Of a stretch of DNA of 64,000 nucleotides, positions 29,746-40,463 are shown in pieces. Position 1 is the stretch's first letter, and each line of letters opens with the position of its first letter. Made by a program: the position numbers and the translations under genes. This DNA comes from Membranihabitans marinus. Lineage in GTDB: Bacteria; Bacteroidota; Bacteroidia; Chitinophagales; Saprospiraceae. The notes below the pieces were generated by a model that was not told where the DNA came from, did not search any database, and saw only the letters and a program-made list of their open reading frames with translations. Where the stretch lies: contig NZ_JAJQYA010000002.1 in assembly GCF_021729155.1 (NCBI RefSeq), positions 191,348 through 255,347 of the forward strand, in the 5' to 3' direction.

Positions 29746-31149
29746 CTTTTTAGCGGAATGATTTTTACTTGGATATTTCCCATTCGAAGCATCGATCATG
29801 GCAAATAATTCTTTTTTAAGGATGGCTACCTTGTCCGGATATCGTTTCGCCAAATTTACATTTTCAGATTCATCTACTGCTAAGTTGTATAGTTCACTTC
29901 GCTCATCTTCATAGAAATATATGAGTTTCCAATCACCTCGTCGCAAAGCCGATCCCGGAGTCCATGCACTGCCATGATAATGAGGAAAGTGCCAGAACAA
30001 AGGTCGGATAGCTGTTGATTTTATCCAATGCTTAGAAAGAATATCTTCTCCTTCCATTGTTGCAGTGGCCTTGGAATCTATATCTATATTCTCCAAGATA
30101 GTAGGGACTATATCCATATGAGTGACTGGTTTGTCACAGGTTTTATTATCTACATCTCCAGGGCTATGAATTAATAGTGGAATTCGTATTCCCCCTTCAT
30201 AACACCAACCCTTACCGCCTCTTTTGGGGAAGGTCGAAGTAGGTATCTTGCCTTTGTACTGATTATTTAAGGTAGATAGACCTCCATTGTCTGAAGTAAA
30301 TACCAATATGGTATTTTCCCATAGACCTTCATCCTTTAAATGTCTGACCAGCCGCCCTACATTGTTGTCCATAGCCGATACCATGGATGCGTAGTCTAGA
30401 TTGTCTTGAAAAATCAAGGATTGGCCTTCGCCTTCATTAGTTGTTTTGTGGTCGATACTTACATCGTTATACTTTGGCCTAAAGTCTTTATTGGCTTGAA
30501 TAGGAGTATGCACGGTGTAATAGGACAGATAGGCAAAGAAGGGCGAATCTTTGTGAGCTGTAATGAAATCTATGGTTTCCGTGGTCAATCTATCCGTTAA
30601 ATACTCACCTTCTGGACCATCTGGCAGGAGTGGATTTTTGTAGGGGACATAATAACCCCCAGGAGGTGAGCCTAGATCTATTCCTCCAACATTGATGTCA
30701 AATCCCTGTTGACTAGGAGAGTGCTCTTCACCACCTAAATGCCATTTTCCTGCAAAAAAAGTAGAATACCCATAATCTTTTAATCGTTCTGCCAAGGTGA
30801 TTTCCTTTAAAGGCAATTCGTGTAAGTCCTTTGGTCCTAGCAATGGCTTATCTTTAGGGTCACTACCAGGAATCCAGTCCGATATCCCGATTTTAATAGG
30901 ATTTTTACCGGTGAGTAATGCCGCACGTGATGGGGAACACACGGGATGTGCACTATAGGCATTGGAATAAATTACGGACTCACTGGCCAATGCATCGATA
31001 TTGGGAGTAAGGTACAACGGACTACCAGAATAGCCTAAGTCTTTCCATCCCAAGTCATCGACGAGGATAACCACAACGTTTTTTTGATCTTGACTATGAA
31101 GTGCAGTTGTTGCAAATACCAGTGTTAATGCTAGGAAAATTCTTTTCAT
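29743..31149 (-). CDS. Sulfatase (S1 family, formylglycine-dependent), secreted
   Basis: CSPSRAALLTG motif, the C-x-P-x-R formylglycine site. Signal peptide. 468 aa. Confidence 0.85.
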   Translation of the reverse strand: MKRIFLALTLVFATTALHSQDQKNVVVILVDDLGWKDLGYSGSPLYLTPNIDALASESVIYSNAYSAHPVCSPSRAALLTGKNPIKIGISDWIPGSDPKDKPLLGPKDLHELPLKEITLAERLKDYGYSTFFAGKWHLGGEEHSPSQQGFDINVGGIDLGSPPGGYYVPYKNPLLPDGPEGEYLTDRLTTETIDFITAHKDSPFFAYLSYYTVHTPIQANKDFRPKYNDVSIDHKTTNEGEGQSLIFQDNLDYASMVSAMDNNVGRLVRHLKDEGLWENTILVFTSDNGGLSTLNNQYKGKIPTSTFPKRGGKGWCYEGGIRIPLLIHSPGDVDNKTCDKPVTHMDIVPTILENIDIDSKATATMEGEDILSKHWIKSTAIRPLFWHFPHYHGSAWTPGSALRRGDWKLIYFYEDERSELYNLAVDESENVNLAKRYPDKVAILKKELFAMIDASNGKYPSKNHSAKK

Positions 31150-31252
31150 TGGATTGAATTAAAAAAATTTCCAGTATCGGGCAAAAGACCAATACTGGAA
31201 ACATGGATTATAGAAACAAAATGTTGTAAATCATTAAACCGTTAAAAGTAAT

Positions 31253-32749
31253 TTATTCCAATTCATTGACTTCGATCGGGGTATCGTCTCTCTTACTATT
31301 CTTTTCTACCTGAGAGGACAACTGGTCAATGGCTTTTTGTTGACTACCTAAATATTCAGGTAAATTCATACCGGCCATATCGAATAAATCGTGCATCGGT
31401 GGAATGGATTTATAGAGGTTAGAAATAAATTTTGAAGTTGAATTCTGACCATTCTCACTACCATTATCACCACCTTCCCAAACGGTTACTTTATCTATTT
31501 TAATGTTCTTAATGGCGTCAACTTGGGTTTTGACCAAGTCTTCCAATTTATCTGCGATTATCATTAAGACAGCATCTCTTGTATTGCCATGGGTCGCAGT
31601 CACTATTTTGTTGAAACCTTCAGATTGTTTTTCCAATATTTCATATAGACCTCGTGCTTCTGCTTCCTTCATTAAATATATAGCATCGGCTTCCCCTTTG
31701 GCAATTAATCGTTGACGATCTGCTTCGGCTTCGGCTGCAATGGCTATTTTTCTTTTTTCGATTTCCGCGTTAACGATTTCATCAGCTTCTTGGCGAGCCA
31801 ATTCGCGTTCGGCTCTGGCCAATTCTGCTTCTTTCTCTGCTTTGTAGGCTTCTTTTAAAGCATTGGCCGCTTGAATCTTTTCAGTAGATATGGCTCTTTT
31901 AGATGCTTCAGCCTCTCTTTCTCTTCTGACGGCGTCGGAGTCAGCGATTTTTATCTTGGCCAAGTTTTCACCATTAATGGCTTCGGCATCGGCTTCAGAT
32001 ACTCTGACCCTTTCCAATCGCTTGGCATCGGCTTCACCAGAATTGGCTTCCGCTTCGTAAGTCGATACCTTAATTCGCTGTTCTTTGTGTGCTAAGGCAG
32101 CTCCAATAGCACCTTGTCGCTCTTGTTCTGCCACTCGAACCTTGGCTTCATTGATGGCTTGTGCTGCGGCTTCCTTACCCAAGGCGACGATATATCCAGA
32201 CTCGTCTTCAATATCGGTGATATTTACGTTGATCAATACCAGACCAATTTTCTTTAATTCACTTCCAACATTCGAGGCTATATTCGAAAGAAATTTGTCT
32301 CTATCCGAATTGATTTCCTCAATATCCATAGTAGCTACGACCAATCTCAACTGTCCAAAGATAATGTCCTTGGCTATATCTCGAATTTCGTTAATGGACT
32401 TGCCGAGCAAACGTTCGGCCGCATTGAGCATAGTCCCTGTGTCATTGGATACTGCCACGGTAAATCGAGAAGGTACATTGACCCGAATATTTTGTCTACT
32501 CAAGGCATTTCTCAAATCAACATCTATCGATATAGGTGAAAGATCCAAATAGGCGTAATCTTGAATAATAGGCCATACAAAGGCGGCACCACCAGCCAAG
32601 GTTTTCGCTGATCCACTGCCTGTTTTTCCATATATAACCAACACCTTATCAGACGGACATCGTTTGAATCTGGTGATGAAGAGCAAAAGTAATAAGACGA
32701 CCAGTCCGACTAGGCCGGCCATTAATATTAATGTGATGTTTAAGTCCAT
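31253..32749 (-). CDS. Flotillin/SPFH (band-7) family protein
   Basis: N-terminal TM, SPFH domain, then a long Ala/Glu-rich coiled coil (AEAEA.. repeats). 498 aa. Confidence 0.8.
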   Translation of the reverse strand: MDLNITLILMAGLVGLVVLLLLLFITRFKRCPSDKVLVIYGKTGSGSAKTLAGGAAFVWPIIQDYAYLDLSPISIDVDLRNALSRQNIRVNVPSRFTVAVSNDTGTMLNAAERLLGKSINEIRDIAKDIIFGQLRLVVATMDIEEINSDRDKFLSNIASNVGSELKKIGLVLINVNITDIEDESGYIVALGKEAAAQAINEAKVRVAEQERQGAIGAALAHKEQRIKVSTYEAEANSGEADAKRLERVRVSEADAEAINGENLAKIKIADSDAVRREREAEASKRAISTEKIQAANALKEAYKAEKEAELARAERELARQEADEIVNAEIEKRKIAIAAEAEADRQRLIAKGEADAIYLMKEAEARGLYEILEKQSEGFNKIVTATHGNTRDAVLMIIADKLEDLVKTQVDAIKNIKIDKVTVWEGGDNGSENGQNSTSKFISNLYKSIPPMHDLFDMAGMNLPEYLGSQQKAIDQLSSQVEKNSKRDDTPIEVNELE

Positions 32750-32760
32750 AGTGTAGGATT

Positions 32761-33351
32761 TTATTTTAACTGATTAATTTTTTCTACCAATAAGGTATTG
32801 TCTTTCATAATTTCTAAAATGCGCACTTTTTCTCCACTTTTAATCTCTGGTCCTTCTGTGATGGCATTGATTTCTTTGAGGCTGTCGTTTAAAGTGATGT
32901 GAATCTTGCCTTTGCCTTTCTTGTCTGGGGGAATCGTTAAGTATACATCACCTTTTTCAAAGATAAGGTCGAGAAAATCGGCCGTACCTGATTCTGTAAA
33001 TTTATTGAATTGTCGAACTAAAAACACGACGGTAAACATGGCCACCAATCCCGCTCCAATACTAAATGGCATTAACTGAGCTACCGATTTGCCCGCATCG
33101 AGCATCATCACTCCTGTCCAACTGAAAAATGTTAAAAATGCAGTAATGGATTTTACCCCAAATATGGGGAAATCAAAATCACCGTCTATACCATCGGTGT
33201 CAATTTCGAGATCGGTATCGGCATCCATTCCCAATAAACTGATGACAAATACCAATATAAAGACAATGGACGAAACTATGGCCAAGGCCCAAAAGAATTG
33301 ACCTCCGCCCGATAGAGCATCCCACCATGTATTTAAGGAAAGATTAATCAT
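32761..33351 (-). CDS. NfeD/YqiJ-like membrane protein, partner of flotillin
   Basis: N-terminal TM helices plus a C-terminal OB-fold-like beta region. Lies immediately upstream of the flotillin gene and is co-oriented, the classic nfeD-flotillin operon. Confidence 0.6.
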   Translation of the reverse strand: MINLSLNTWWDALSGGGQFFWALAIVSSIVFILVFVISLLGMDADTDLEIDTDGIDGDFDFPIFGVKSITAFLTFFSWTGVMMLDAGKSVAQLMPFSIGAGLVAMFTVVFLVRQFNKFTESGTADFLDLIFEKGDVYLTIPPDKKGKGKIHITLNDSLKEINAITEGPEIKSGEKVRILEIMKDNTLLVEKINQLK

Positions 33352-34092
33352 ATATTCTATTCTTCTAATATTAGGGTATTCATCACTAAAATTATAACAC
33401 TCAATAATGTGAAAAAATTCACTTTTAACCCATTATTAATATAGAGGTTACCTAGACTAGATAAGATATTATTATCTAATGTTTTATATTTTTTTATGGG
33501 GAATTTTACTTGCAATTAAGTAAAATTAGATTGTTATATTATAGTGCTTCACATATTGTTAAATATAAGATTAATTTTTGTAAAAAAATGGTTTTTGTGA
33601 TTTAATTAATAGTTTTATTGCGAAATATGTAGAATCATTGAAATGGAATAGTAATGGATGACTAAATTCAATAATAAATCACGATATATTACTACTCTAT
33701 CGGATAGACTTAAAGATAGTTCTCATTCTTTATCATCATTGAACTCCACTAATTTTTAGAAATAGTCTACTAGTTGGGTAATATTAATTTCTTAGATAGG
33801 GTATTTATCCAGGTATTTAGAATTAATATCAAAGTTAGATTCTTCTTAGACACTATCTATAATAAATTGTTTATCAATTATAAAGGCAGTACCTAAAGTA
33901 GAAAGTTCAAATGAGTTAACAAGATAAATTACCATGACATAAGACTTGGCTAATAGTTTAGCTTATTAACTCAACAAGACGATTGCCTCAATCGCCTTGT
34001 TGAACTAATGTCCCTTCAATGCCATATTTATTGAAGGTTAGATAGCTATTTTCACATTCCTTAAGTTGTTGGTTTATTTAAATAAACCAGAT

Positions 34093-35418
34093 TTATACTT
34101 TGGGCAATTTCCATCCATTTTGGTATTGGGCATTGATGTATTGATTGGCTATTTTCTCATTAAATTTAGATTTATCTGGATTCCAGTGAATCTTTTGACC
34201 AGATTTGAGGGCTATATTCCCCAAATGACAGACAACAGCGGCATTGTACCCAACTTGCAATGGGGTATTTAAATCGGAAGCATTTCGAGATCGTACGACG
34301 TCAATAAAATTTTGAGTATTGATATCCAAGCCTCGATCTACGCTGGGCATCCACTCTATGGCTTCGATTTTATCGTTTTTGCCTTCTTTTTCTGGAATCA
34401 CCTTCCACCCCTGTCTATTGAGGGCCAAACTTCCATTGTTGCCTATAAAGCCAATACCGTGATTCATGCCAAAATTTCCCGAATTGATACCAGTTCCGTG
34501 TTCCCAAATTAGGGAAAAGTCACCGTAATCATAAATAGCTTGCATGGTATCTGGAGTCTCTTCTCCACTGTCGGGATATCCGTATTTACCACCCATCGCC
34601 ATTACGCTTTTGGGATAGACTACATCCATGCCAAATATTCCATAGTCCATGAGGTGAACCCCCCAATCCGTCATTAGTCCACCGGCGTAGTCCCAAAACC
34701 AACGGAAATTAAAATGAAAACGGTTCTCGTTGAATGGTCTATTGGGAGCTGGGCCCAACCACATTTGGTAATCTACGCCTGGAGGAACAGGACTATCTGG
34801 TTTGCGAGGAACAGAGTGCATCCATCCTTGATAGGACCAAACCTTGACCACTCTAATTTTTCCTAATTTCCCAGATTTTACATATTCGATGGCATCGTTA
34901 AAATGCTTTTGACTGCGTTGCCATTGACCGATTTGCACAATGCCATCAGATCCATTGGCTTTCTCCAACATTATATCGCACTCCTGTATAGAATTGGCTA
35001 TGGGTTTTTCACAATATATATCCTTACCCGCATCCAATGCATCGCTAAATTGAAGACAATGCCAATGATCTGGAGTGCCAATAATGACGACTTCTACATC
35101 TTTGTCCTCCAATAATTTTCGGTAATCTTTGTATTGTTTTGGCTTTTTAAATCCTTTGTCTACTAAGTCCTTAGTTCTACTGGCTAAGATACCATCATCT
35201 ATATCACAGAGAGCAACACATTCCGTGGCATCCACCTTGAGCATGGAGGACAAATCGGAAAAACCCATACCCTTGCAGCCGATAAGACCGATTTGGATTT
35301 TGTCATTGGGTGAAACTGCTCTCTTTCGTTGAATAATTTCGGATAAACTGAGTTCTGGTATTAGTGCCAATCCAGCTGCGGAAATCCCTGTTTGGCGGAT
35401 AAATTTTCTTCTACTCAT
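34093..35418 (-). CDS. TAT-exported Gfo/Idh/MocA-family oxidoreductase (periplasmic glycoside 3-dehydrogenase-like / GH109-like)
   Basis: Twin-arginine signal MSRRKFIRQTGISAAGLAL, then a Rossmann fold (IGLIGCKGMG) and a Gfo/Idh/MocA C-domain. 441 aa. Confidence 0.8.
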   Translation of the reverse strand: MSRRKFIRQTGISAAGLALIPELSLSEIIQRKRAVSPNDKIQIGLIGCKGMGFSDLSSMLKVDATECVALCDIDDGILASRTKDLVDKGFKKPKQYKDYRKLLEDKDVEVVIIGTPDHWHCLQFSDALDAGKDIYCEKPIANSIQECDIMLEKANGSDGIVQIGQWQRSQKHFNDAIEYVKSGKLGKIRVVKVWSYQGWMHSVPRKPDSPVPPGVDYQMWLGPAPNRPFNENRFHFNFRWFWDYAGGLMTDWGVHLMDYGIFGMDVVYPKSVMAMGGKYGYPDSGEETPDTMQAIYDYGDFSLIWEHGTGINSGNFGMNHGIGFIGNNGSLALNRQGWKVIPEKEGKNDKIEAIEWMPSVDRGLDINTQNFIDVVRSRNASDLNTPLQVGYNAAVVCHLGNIALKSGQKIHWNPDKSKFNEKIANQYINAQYQNGWKLPKV

Positions 35419-35518
35419 GGACTTTCGATGATTGATTTAGTCAATGAATATAGTATAAATATGGTTAAAATTTAAAATTGTGTAATATTAAATCTTTACA
35501 GTTGTTGTAACAGGGCTA

Positions 35519-36115
35519 TTATTCTGCATATTGGCTCAACCATTGATGGATTTTTTGTGTAGGGAGTCCCATTACATTGCTAAAACTACCTTCAATAGAG
35601 TGAATATAGGTCCATCCAATCCATTCTTGAATACCGTATCCACCGGCCTTGTCAAATGGTGAATAATGTTGGATATAATATTGGATGTCTTTTTCACTCA
35701 ATGGGGAGAAGGTAACCTTGGTAGTATCCGTGAAACTCGAAGCGAATTCTCGATTTCCGATTTTGATCCCCGTCATTACAACGTGGCTTTGGTCGCTCAT
35801 GGCCAATAAAAATTGGTGAGCTTCCTCAGCATCCTTCGGTTTGGTCAAGACTTGGTCATTGTGAATAACGATGGTATCAGCGGTTACTAGGATTTCATTA
35901 TTGCGGAGATTGGGCAAGGCTTGTGCCCATTTTTGGACGGCCAATAATTCTGCAATTTCTTCTAATGCCCAATCCGGTTCGATATTCTCATGGTAATCTA
36001 GTTTGATTTGACGAACCTCAATGTCCATTTTTTGTAAAAGATCCAACCTCCTTGGAGAACCAGAAGCTAGAAGTATAGGTTTTTGAAATCTCAAATGCCG
36101 GTTTATTTCTGCCAT
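35519..36115 (-). CDS. maf: Maf-family nucleoside-triphosphate pyrophosphatase
   Basis: ILASGSPRRLDLL N-terminal motif. 198 aa. Confidence 0.8.
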   Translation of the reverse strand: MAEINRHLRFQKPILLASGSPRRLDLLQKMDIEVRQIKLDYHENIEPDWALEEIAELLAVQKWAQALPNLRNNEILVTADTIVIHNDQVLTKPKDAEEAHQFLLAMSDQSHVVMTGIKIGNREFASSFTDTTKVTFSPLSEKDIQYYIQHYSPFDKAGGYGIQEWIGWTYIHSIEGSFSNVMGLPTQKIHQWLSQYAE

Positions 36116-37011
36116 AGAATAAGTAATAATAAACTAAAAATAATATAGACTTTAATCAACTTCGATAGAAATGAATAAGTGTTGCTGCGCACTGGGTTGT
36201 TGAATATTATGGTAATGACAACCAATGGGATCATCAGTATGGCTAGACCTACCGTCATTTGTTGACTATCGATAAATGGAGTTAATAAGTAAAGCTGGCC
36301 GAGTATAACTGTAGCCAATAGAACAATGAGACTATTGGTGATGATTTTGACCATGGCTATGGGCTTACTAGCAAGGGTATAGACCCCTGCTTTTATATCA
36401 AAATCTCTATCCTCCAAGTCTTTGATGATTTCTCGAATGAGGTGGATAAAAAAGGCCATTATCGTATATCCCCAGATGATGATATTGGTTTTGTCTTGAA
36501 AATGGACATTGAAAGAGAGATTACAATCAGGGATGAGTGAAGTAATTATCCATATCGCAGAACTACACAAAAAGGCTATGGTAATATTGCCGATTAGCAC
36601 GGAATTTTGCCATTTTAGGGAATAAAAATATAATAAAATATTAATGATGATTATGTAAACTAAGATCAATATTGGCCATCCGAGAATCACCCCAGTAATC
36701 GAAAGAATTACCGATAATGAAAGTAGAATATAATAATAACGCCATGCCAAGCTCTCAGATACCGATTGGCCAACAATAGAAATACGTTTGCTATTTAGTG
36801 AATCGCTTTCTTGATCGACAATATCGTTAAGCAAATTTCCTGCCCCAATGCTGCAACCTATGGCCAAGATAAAAACTATAAAAATATCATAAGTATAGGT
36901 CTGCGGTCCGCAAAGTGGTTTAATATATAGATAGAACACGATGATCTGCATAAGCCATATTAAGACTATGTTTTGCCATCGAATTAATTGTAGGAATCTG
37001 GATAAATTCAT
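36103..37011 (-). CDS. UbiA-family prenyltransferase (membrane)
   Basis: Polytopic protein with an NDxxDxxxD motif (LNDIVDQESD). Confidence 0.65.
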   Translation of the reverse strand: MNLSRFLQLIRWQNIVLIWLMQIIVFYLYIKPLCGPQTYTYDIFIVFILAIGCSIGAGNLLNDIVDQESDSLNSKRISIVGQSVSESLAWRYYYILLSLSVILSITGVILGWPILILVYIIIINILLYFYSLKWQNSVLIGNITIAFLCSSAIWIITSLIPDCNLSFNVHFQDKTNIIIWGYTIMAFFIHLIREIIKDLEDRDFDIKAGVYTLASKPIAMVKIITNSLIVLLATVILGQLYLLTPFIDSQQMTVGLAILMIPLVVITIIFNNPVRSNTYSFLSKLIKVYIIFSLLLLILWQK

Positions 37012-37020
37012 TGATTGGTT

Positions 37021-37518
37021 TTAATTCCACTTGTTTTGACTGCGTAAGATATGTTCGATAATCTCTCTAACACATCCTCTGCCTCCTGGTTTTTCCGCTA
37101 TGTATTGGCTGGCATCTAATATTTCTTGGACTCCATCCGCTGGACAACAACCTATGCCTACATGTTGGATACAAGGAAGATCTGGTATGTCGTCACCGAC
37201 ATAAGCCATGGCCGACATGGATATATTGAGATCGGAGGCAATTTTTTCTAACACGGGTAATTTGTCGTGTATGCCGGAATAAATGGTTTCAATGCCCAGT
37301 CCTCGCAGTCGAAGTTCAACACCCTTGCTCGTACCACCAGTAATCACAGCTATGGGGATGCCTGCATCCAGTAGTCGCTTCATTCCATAGCCATCCTTGG
37401 TATTCATGGTTCTTAAAAATTCTCCATTTTCTGTGATGTGAATATCGGCATTGGTCAACACACCATCTACATCGAGTACCAATAGTTGAATTTTGGAAAA
37501 ATCTATATTTTGTGACAT
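37021..37518 (-). CDS. kdsC: 3-deoxy-D-manno-octulosonate 8-phosphate phosphatase (HAD superfamily)
   Basis: LLVLDVDGVLTN...MKRL..GI..AVITG... matches KdsC. 165 aa. Confidence 0.8.
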   Translation of the reverse strand: MSQNIDFSKIQLLVLDVDGVLTNADIHITENGEFLRTMNTKDGYGMKRLLDAGIPIAVITGGTSKGVELRLRGLGIETIYSGIHDKLPVLEKIASDLNISMSAMAYVGDDIPDLPCIQHVGIGCCPADGVQEILDASQYIAEKPGGRGCVREIIEHILRSQNKWN

Positions 37519-37521
37519 GAG

Positions 37522-38319
37522 TTATTTAAGTTTTAGTTTCCAGGGTTTATATTTCCAAGGAATAATGATTCTGTGTTCGGCCTCCTTGTTCAAAGCTTGG
37601 GTAAATATAATGCCTATTTGAAACAAATCGACACTATAGCTTACGCATTCATCTTTTTTAATGATTTCCCAAGCATCTTCCATGTCTGGCGTCCAGTGAA
37701 TGTCGTCAAAAATAATAATGGCGTCTGCGGCCATTTTTGTTTTGAGTTTTTCAAAATATTTTAAGGTTGCTGAACCATTGTGGTGACCATCAATAAATAT
37801 CATATTGGGTGGAGAATCATCGAGGTGGTCTCGATTTAAAAACTCTTCAAAACTGGCCAAATGGCTATCAATAGAAAGCTGAAGTTGGTTAAAATTTTCA
37901 GTGGCAATATTATATATGGCCGGATCACCTTCTACGGTGATTATCCGACATGGCGGATGAGCGGTGGCGAGATAGGACGTCGTCAAGCCCAAAGAAGTTC
38001 CCAATTCTAGAAATACCGAGGGTTGGTAATGAGTCATCATTCTACTTAACCAATTGACCACAATGGGATGGGACAATGCATATTGGGCTACTTTGGCCAC
38101 AGAAGTGGTCGTGGCTATATTTTTGGATCCAGAACCATAATCTTTTCTCTCTATGATGCGTTGATCGGATTTTAGTTTTGATTTCAAAACCTCTAAATGA
38201 GGATGATTAATCCCCTTGTTATCTTCCAATACATGTTGACAAAAGTCGTACAATAGTGGTGAGTGGACCTGGTAAATAGTATGAGCTTTGAAGTAATATT
38301 TACAGAATGCATACCACAT
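37522..38319 (-). CDS. Class I SAM-dependent methyltransferase (O-methyltransferase-like)
   Basis: LELGTSLGLTTSYLA glycine-rich SAM motif plus a downstream acidic motif. 265 aa. Confidence 0.5.
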   Translation of the reverse strand: MWYAFCKYYFKAHTIYQVHSPLLYDFCQHVLEDNKGINHPHLEVLKSKLKSDQRIIERKDYGSGSKNIATTTSVAKVAQYALSHPIVVNWLSRMMTHYQPSVFLELGTSLGLTTSYLATAHPPCRIITVEGDPAIYNIATENFNQLQLSIDSHLASFEEFLNRDHLDDSPPNMIFIDGHHNGSATLKYFEKLKTKMAADAIIIFDDIHWTPDMEDAWEIIKKDECVSYSVDLFQIGIIFTQALNKEAEHRIIIPWKYKPWKLKLK

Positions 38320-38339
38320 ATTGTCCTTGTTTTATATGA

Positions 38340-39026
38340 TTATTGTGGGTTGACAACTGCTGTGTTCCTCGTTATAGATTCGATAACACCGTCCTTCATA
38401 TAGGCGATGCGATCACATTTTTTAGCAAAAACTTCATCATGGGTAACCACGACAATGGTTTGGTTGAAGTCTTGTTGAAGTCTTTTAAACAATAGAAAAA
38501 CCTGGTGACTATTTTCTGTATCGAGATTACCAGTGGGTTCATCGGCCAATATCAGCATAGGATCATTGATTAGGGCTCTTGCAATGGCTACTCGTTGTTG
38601 TTCACCACCTGACAATTCGTTGGGGAAATGTTCTAGTCTTTCACTCAATCCCATGAAATGTAACAATGATTCTGCTTTTTTATAGAAATCTATTTTCGAT
38701 TGTTTTCCTTCAATCATGGCTGGTATGGCAACATTTTCCTTAGCCGTAAATTCATCCAATAAATGGTGGAATTGAAAAATAAAACCCAAGTGTTGGTTTC
38801 TAAATTGTGCCAATTCTTTTTCCGATTTATTAAATATATTTTGACCCTGAAAAATAATTTCACCAGAATCGGGCTGGTCGAGACTGCCCAATATTTGTAA
38901 AAATGTACTCTTGCCGGCACCTGATTTTCCTTGAATAGCAAGGATTTCACCCTCGTTGATTTCAAGATTTACGCCCTTTAATACAGGCAATTTGCCGTAA
39001 CTTTTATGTATGTTTTTTGCTATCAC
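38340..39026 (-). CDS. ABC transporter ATP-binding protein (LolD/FtsE-like)
   Basis: Walker [10 protein letters not shown], signature [15 protein letters not shown], Walker [12 protein letters not shown]. 228 aa. Confidence 0.85.
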   Translation of the reverse strand: MIAKNIHKSYGKLPVLKGVNLEINEGEILAIQGKSGAGKSTFLQILGSLDQPDSGEIIFQGQNIFNKSEKELAQFRNQHLGFIFQFHHLLDEFTAKENVAIPAMIEGKQSKIDFYKKAESLLHFMGLSERLEHFPNELSGGEQQRVAIARALINDPMLILADEPTGNLDTENSHQVFLLFKRLQQDFNQTIVVVTHDEVFAKKCDRIAYMKDGVIESITRNTAVVNPQ

Positions 39027-39100
39027 GAGAATTTAACGTTTCTATTCGGGAATAATAATACAAGTTTTTCCGTTTTCTTTTATATTTTGAGTTCTTATAA

Positions 39101-40343
39101 TATGAAAATATTACAACTGTGTAAAAAGTTTCCATGGCCACAAAAGGATGGTGAATCAGTGGCTATCAATACTCTAAGTAGGGGATTGGCTGCCAATGGT
39201 GTCGTAATTGACCTATTGGCTATGAATACCGCTAAGCATTTTACGCGGGTGGATTCTGATGTTTTACTTTGTTTGTCCCAATATCGAAAGGTGAAATGGG
39301 TGCCGATTAACAATCAACTGCGACCGATCGAGGCGTTGCGCAGTTTAATAGAAGGAAGCTCATATCATATCAAACGATTTATTTCTTCGGATTTTTCCGA
39401 TAGTATTAAAGAATTATTACTTGGGGATGATTATGATGTGATTTTGTTGGAGAGTCTATATATGATTCCTTATTTAGATGTCTTAAAACAAAATAGTCAG
39501 GCCAAGATTGTATTGCGATCGCATAATATTGAATTTGAAATATGGGATCGATTGGCTGAAAATAATAAAAATCCTCTGCAGCGCTGGTATCTCAAGAAGT
39601 TGGCAAAAAGTTTAAAAAACTACGAATTAGAACAATTAAATAATGTCGATTATTTATTGCCTATTAGTGAGATAGATCATCAAAAATATATTGACTACGG
39701 TTATAAAGGAAGGATCTTAACTTTGCCTTTGGGATTGGATTTGTCTCAATATCCATATAAGAAATGGCTGAGGAAGACCAAAAACATTGAAGTAGGATTT
39801 ATAGGTTCACTCGATTGGATGCCCAATGTAGAGGGATTAAATTGGTTTTTGTCAGAAGTATTGCCACAATTGAAAAAGCGGTTTGGCAATAAAATTAGAG
39901 TTCATTTGGCCGGTCGAAATATGCCAGATTATATTAAGGCGAAAGCCTGTGACAACATTGTGATTCACGGTGAAGTAGATCATGCCATCGATTATATCAA
40001 TCAGTTTCCATATTTTATAGTCCCGCTGTTTTCCGGCAGTGGAATGCGGGTTAAGATATTGGAAGCCATGGCATTGGGGAAGGTGGTTTTGAGTACTTCC
40101 TTGGGTATTGAGGGAATTCCTGCAACTGCAGATAAGGAGTTTTTACTTGCCGATACTAAAGAGGATTTTATTCATTCATTTAGCCGGATTATCGAAGGGC
40201 AATTGGGCTGTGATATTATCGGTCGAAATGCGGCCTCATTTATGGAAGACAATTTTTCAACAAAAATAATCTCTGAGAAATTAATTCGATTTTTAGAAGA
40301 GATAACCTATGCTCTTCCTCAATATCCCAAGAAATTAAAGTAG
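39101..40343 (+). CDS. Glycosyltransferase family 4
   Basis: GT-B fold. Start placed at MKILQLCKKFPW...; the upstream in-frame extension to 39006 would overlap the convergent ABC ATPase gene. Confidence 0.7.
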
Positions 40344-40463
40344 TATATTCCCTAGCCAAAGTTGTTTTAATCAGCGCTTAATGAAGTAGGCGTTATGGAC
40401 GTATTATTATGTCTTGTGGTTATCATTGTATTTTTATTATCTTTAAAACGACGATAAGTTGGA

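Noticed and set aside
39006-39100. N-terminal extension of the GT4 gene back to 39006
   Set aside because: The extension ([12 protein letters not shown]...) overlaps the 5' coding region of the convergent ABC ATPase gene and is low-complexity. The conserved GT4 N-terminus begins at MKILQLCKKFPW (39101).
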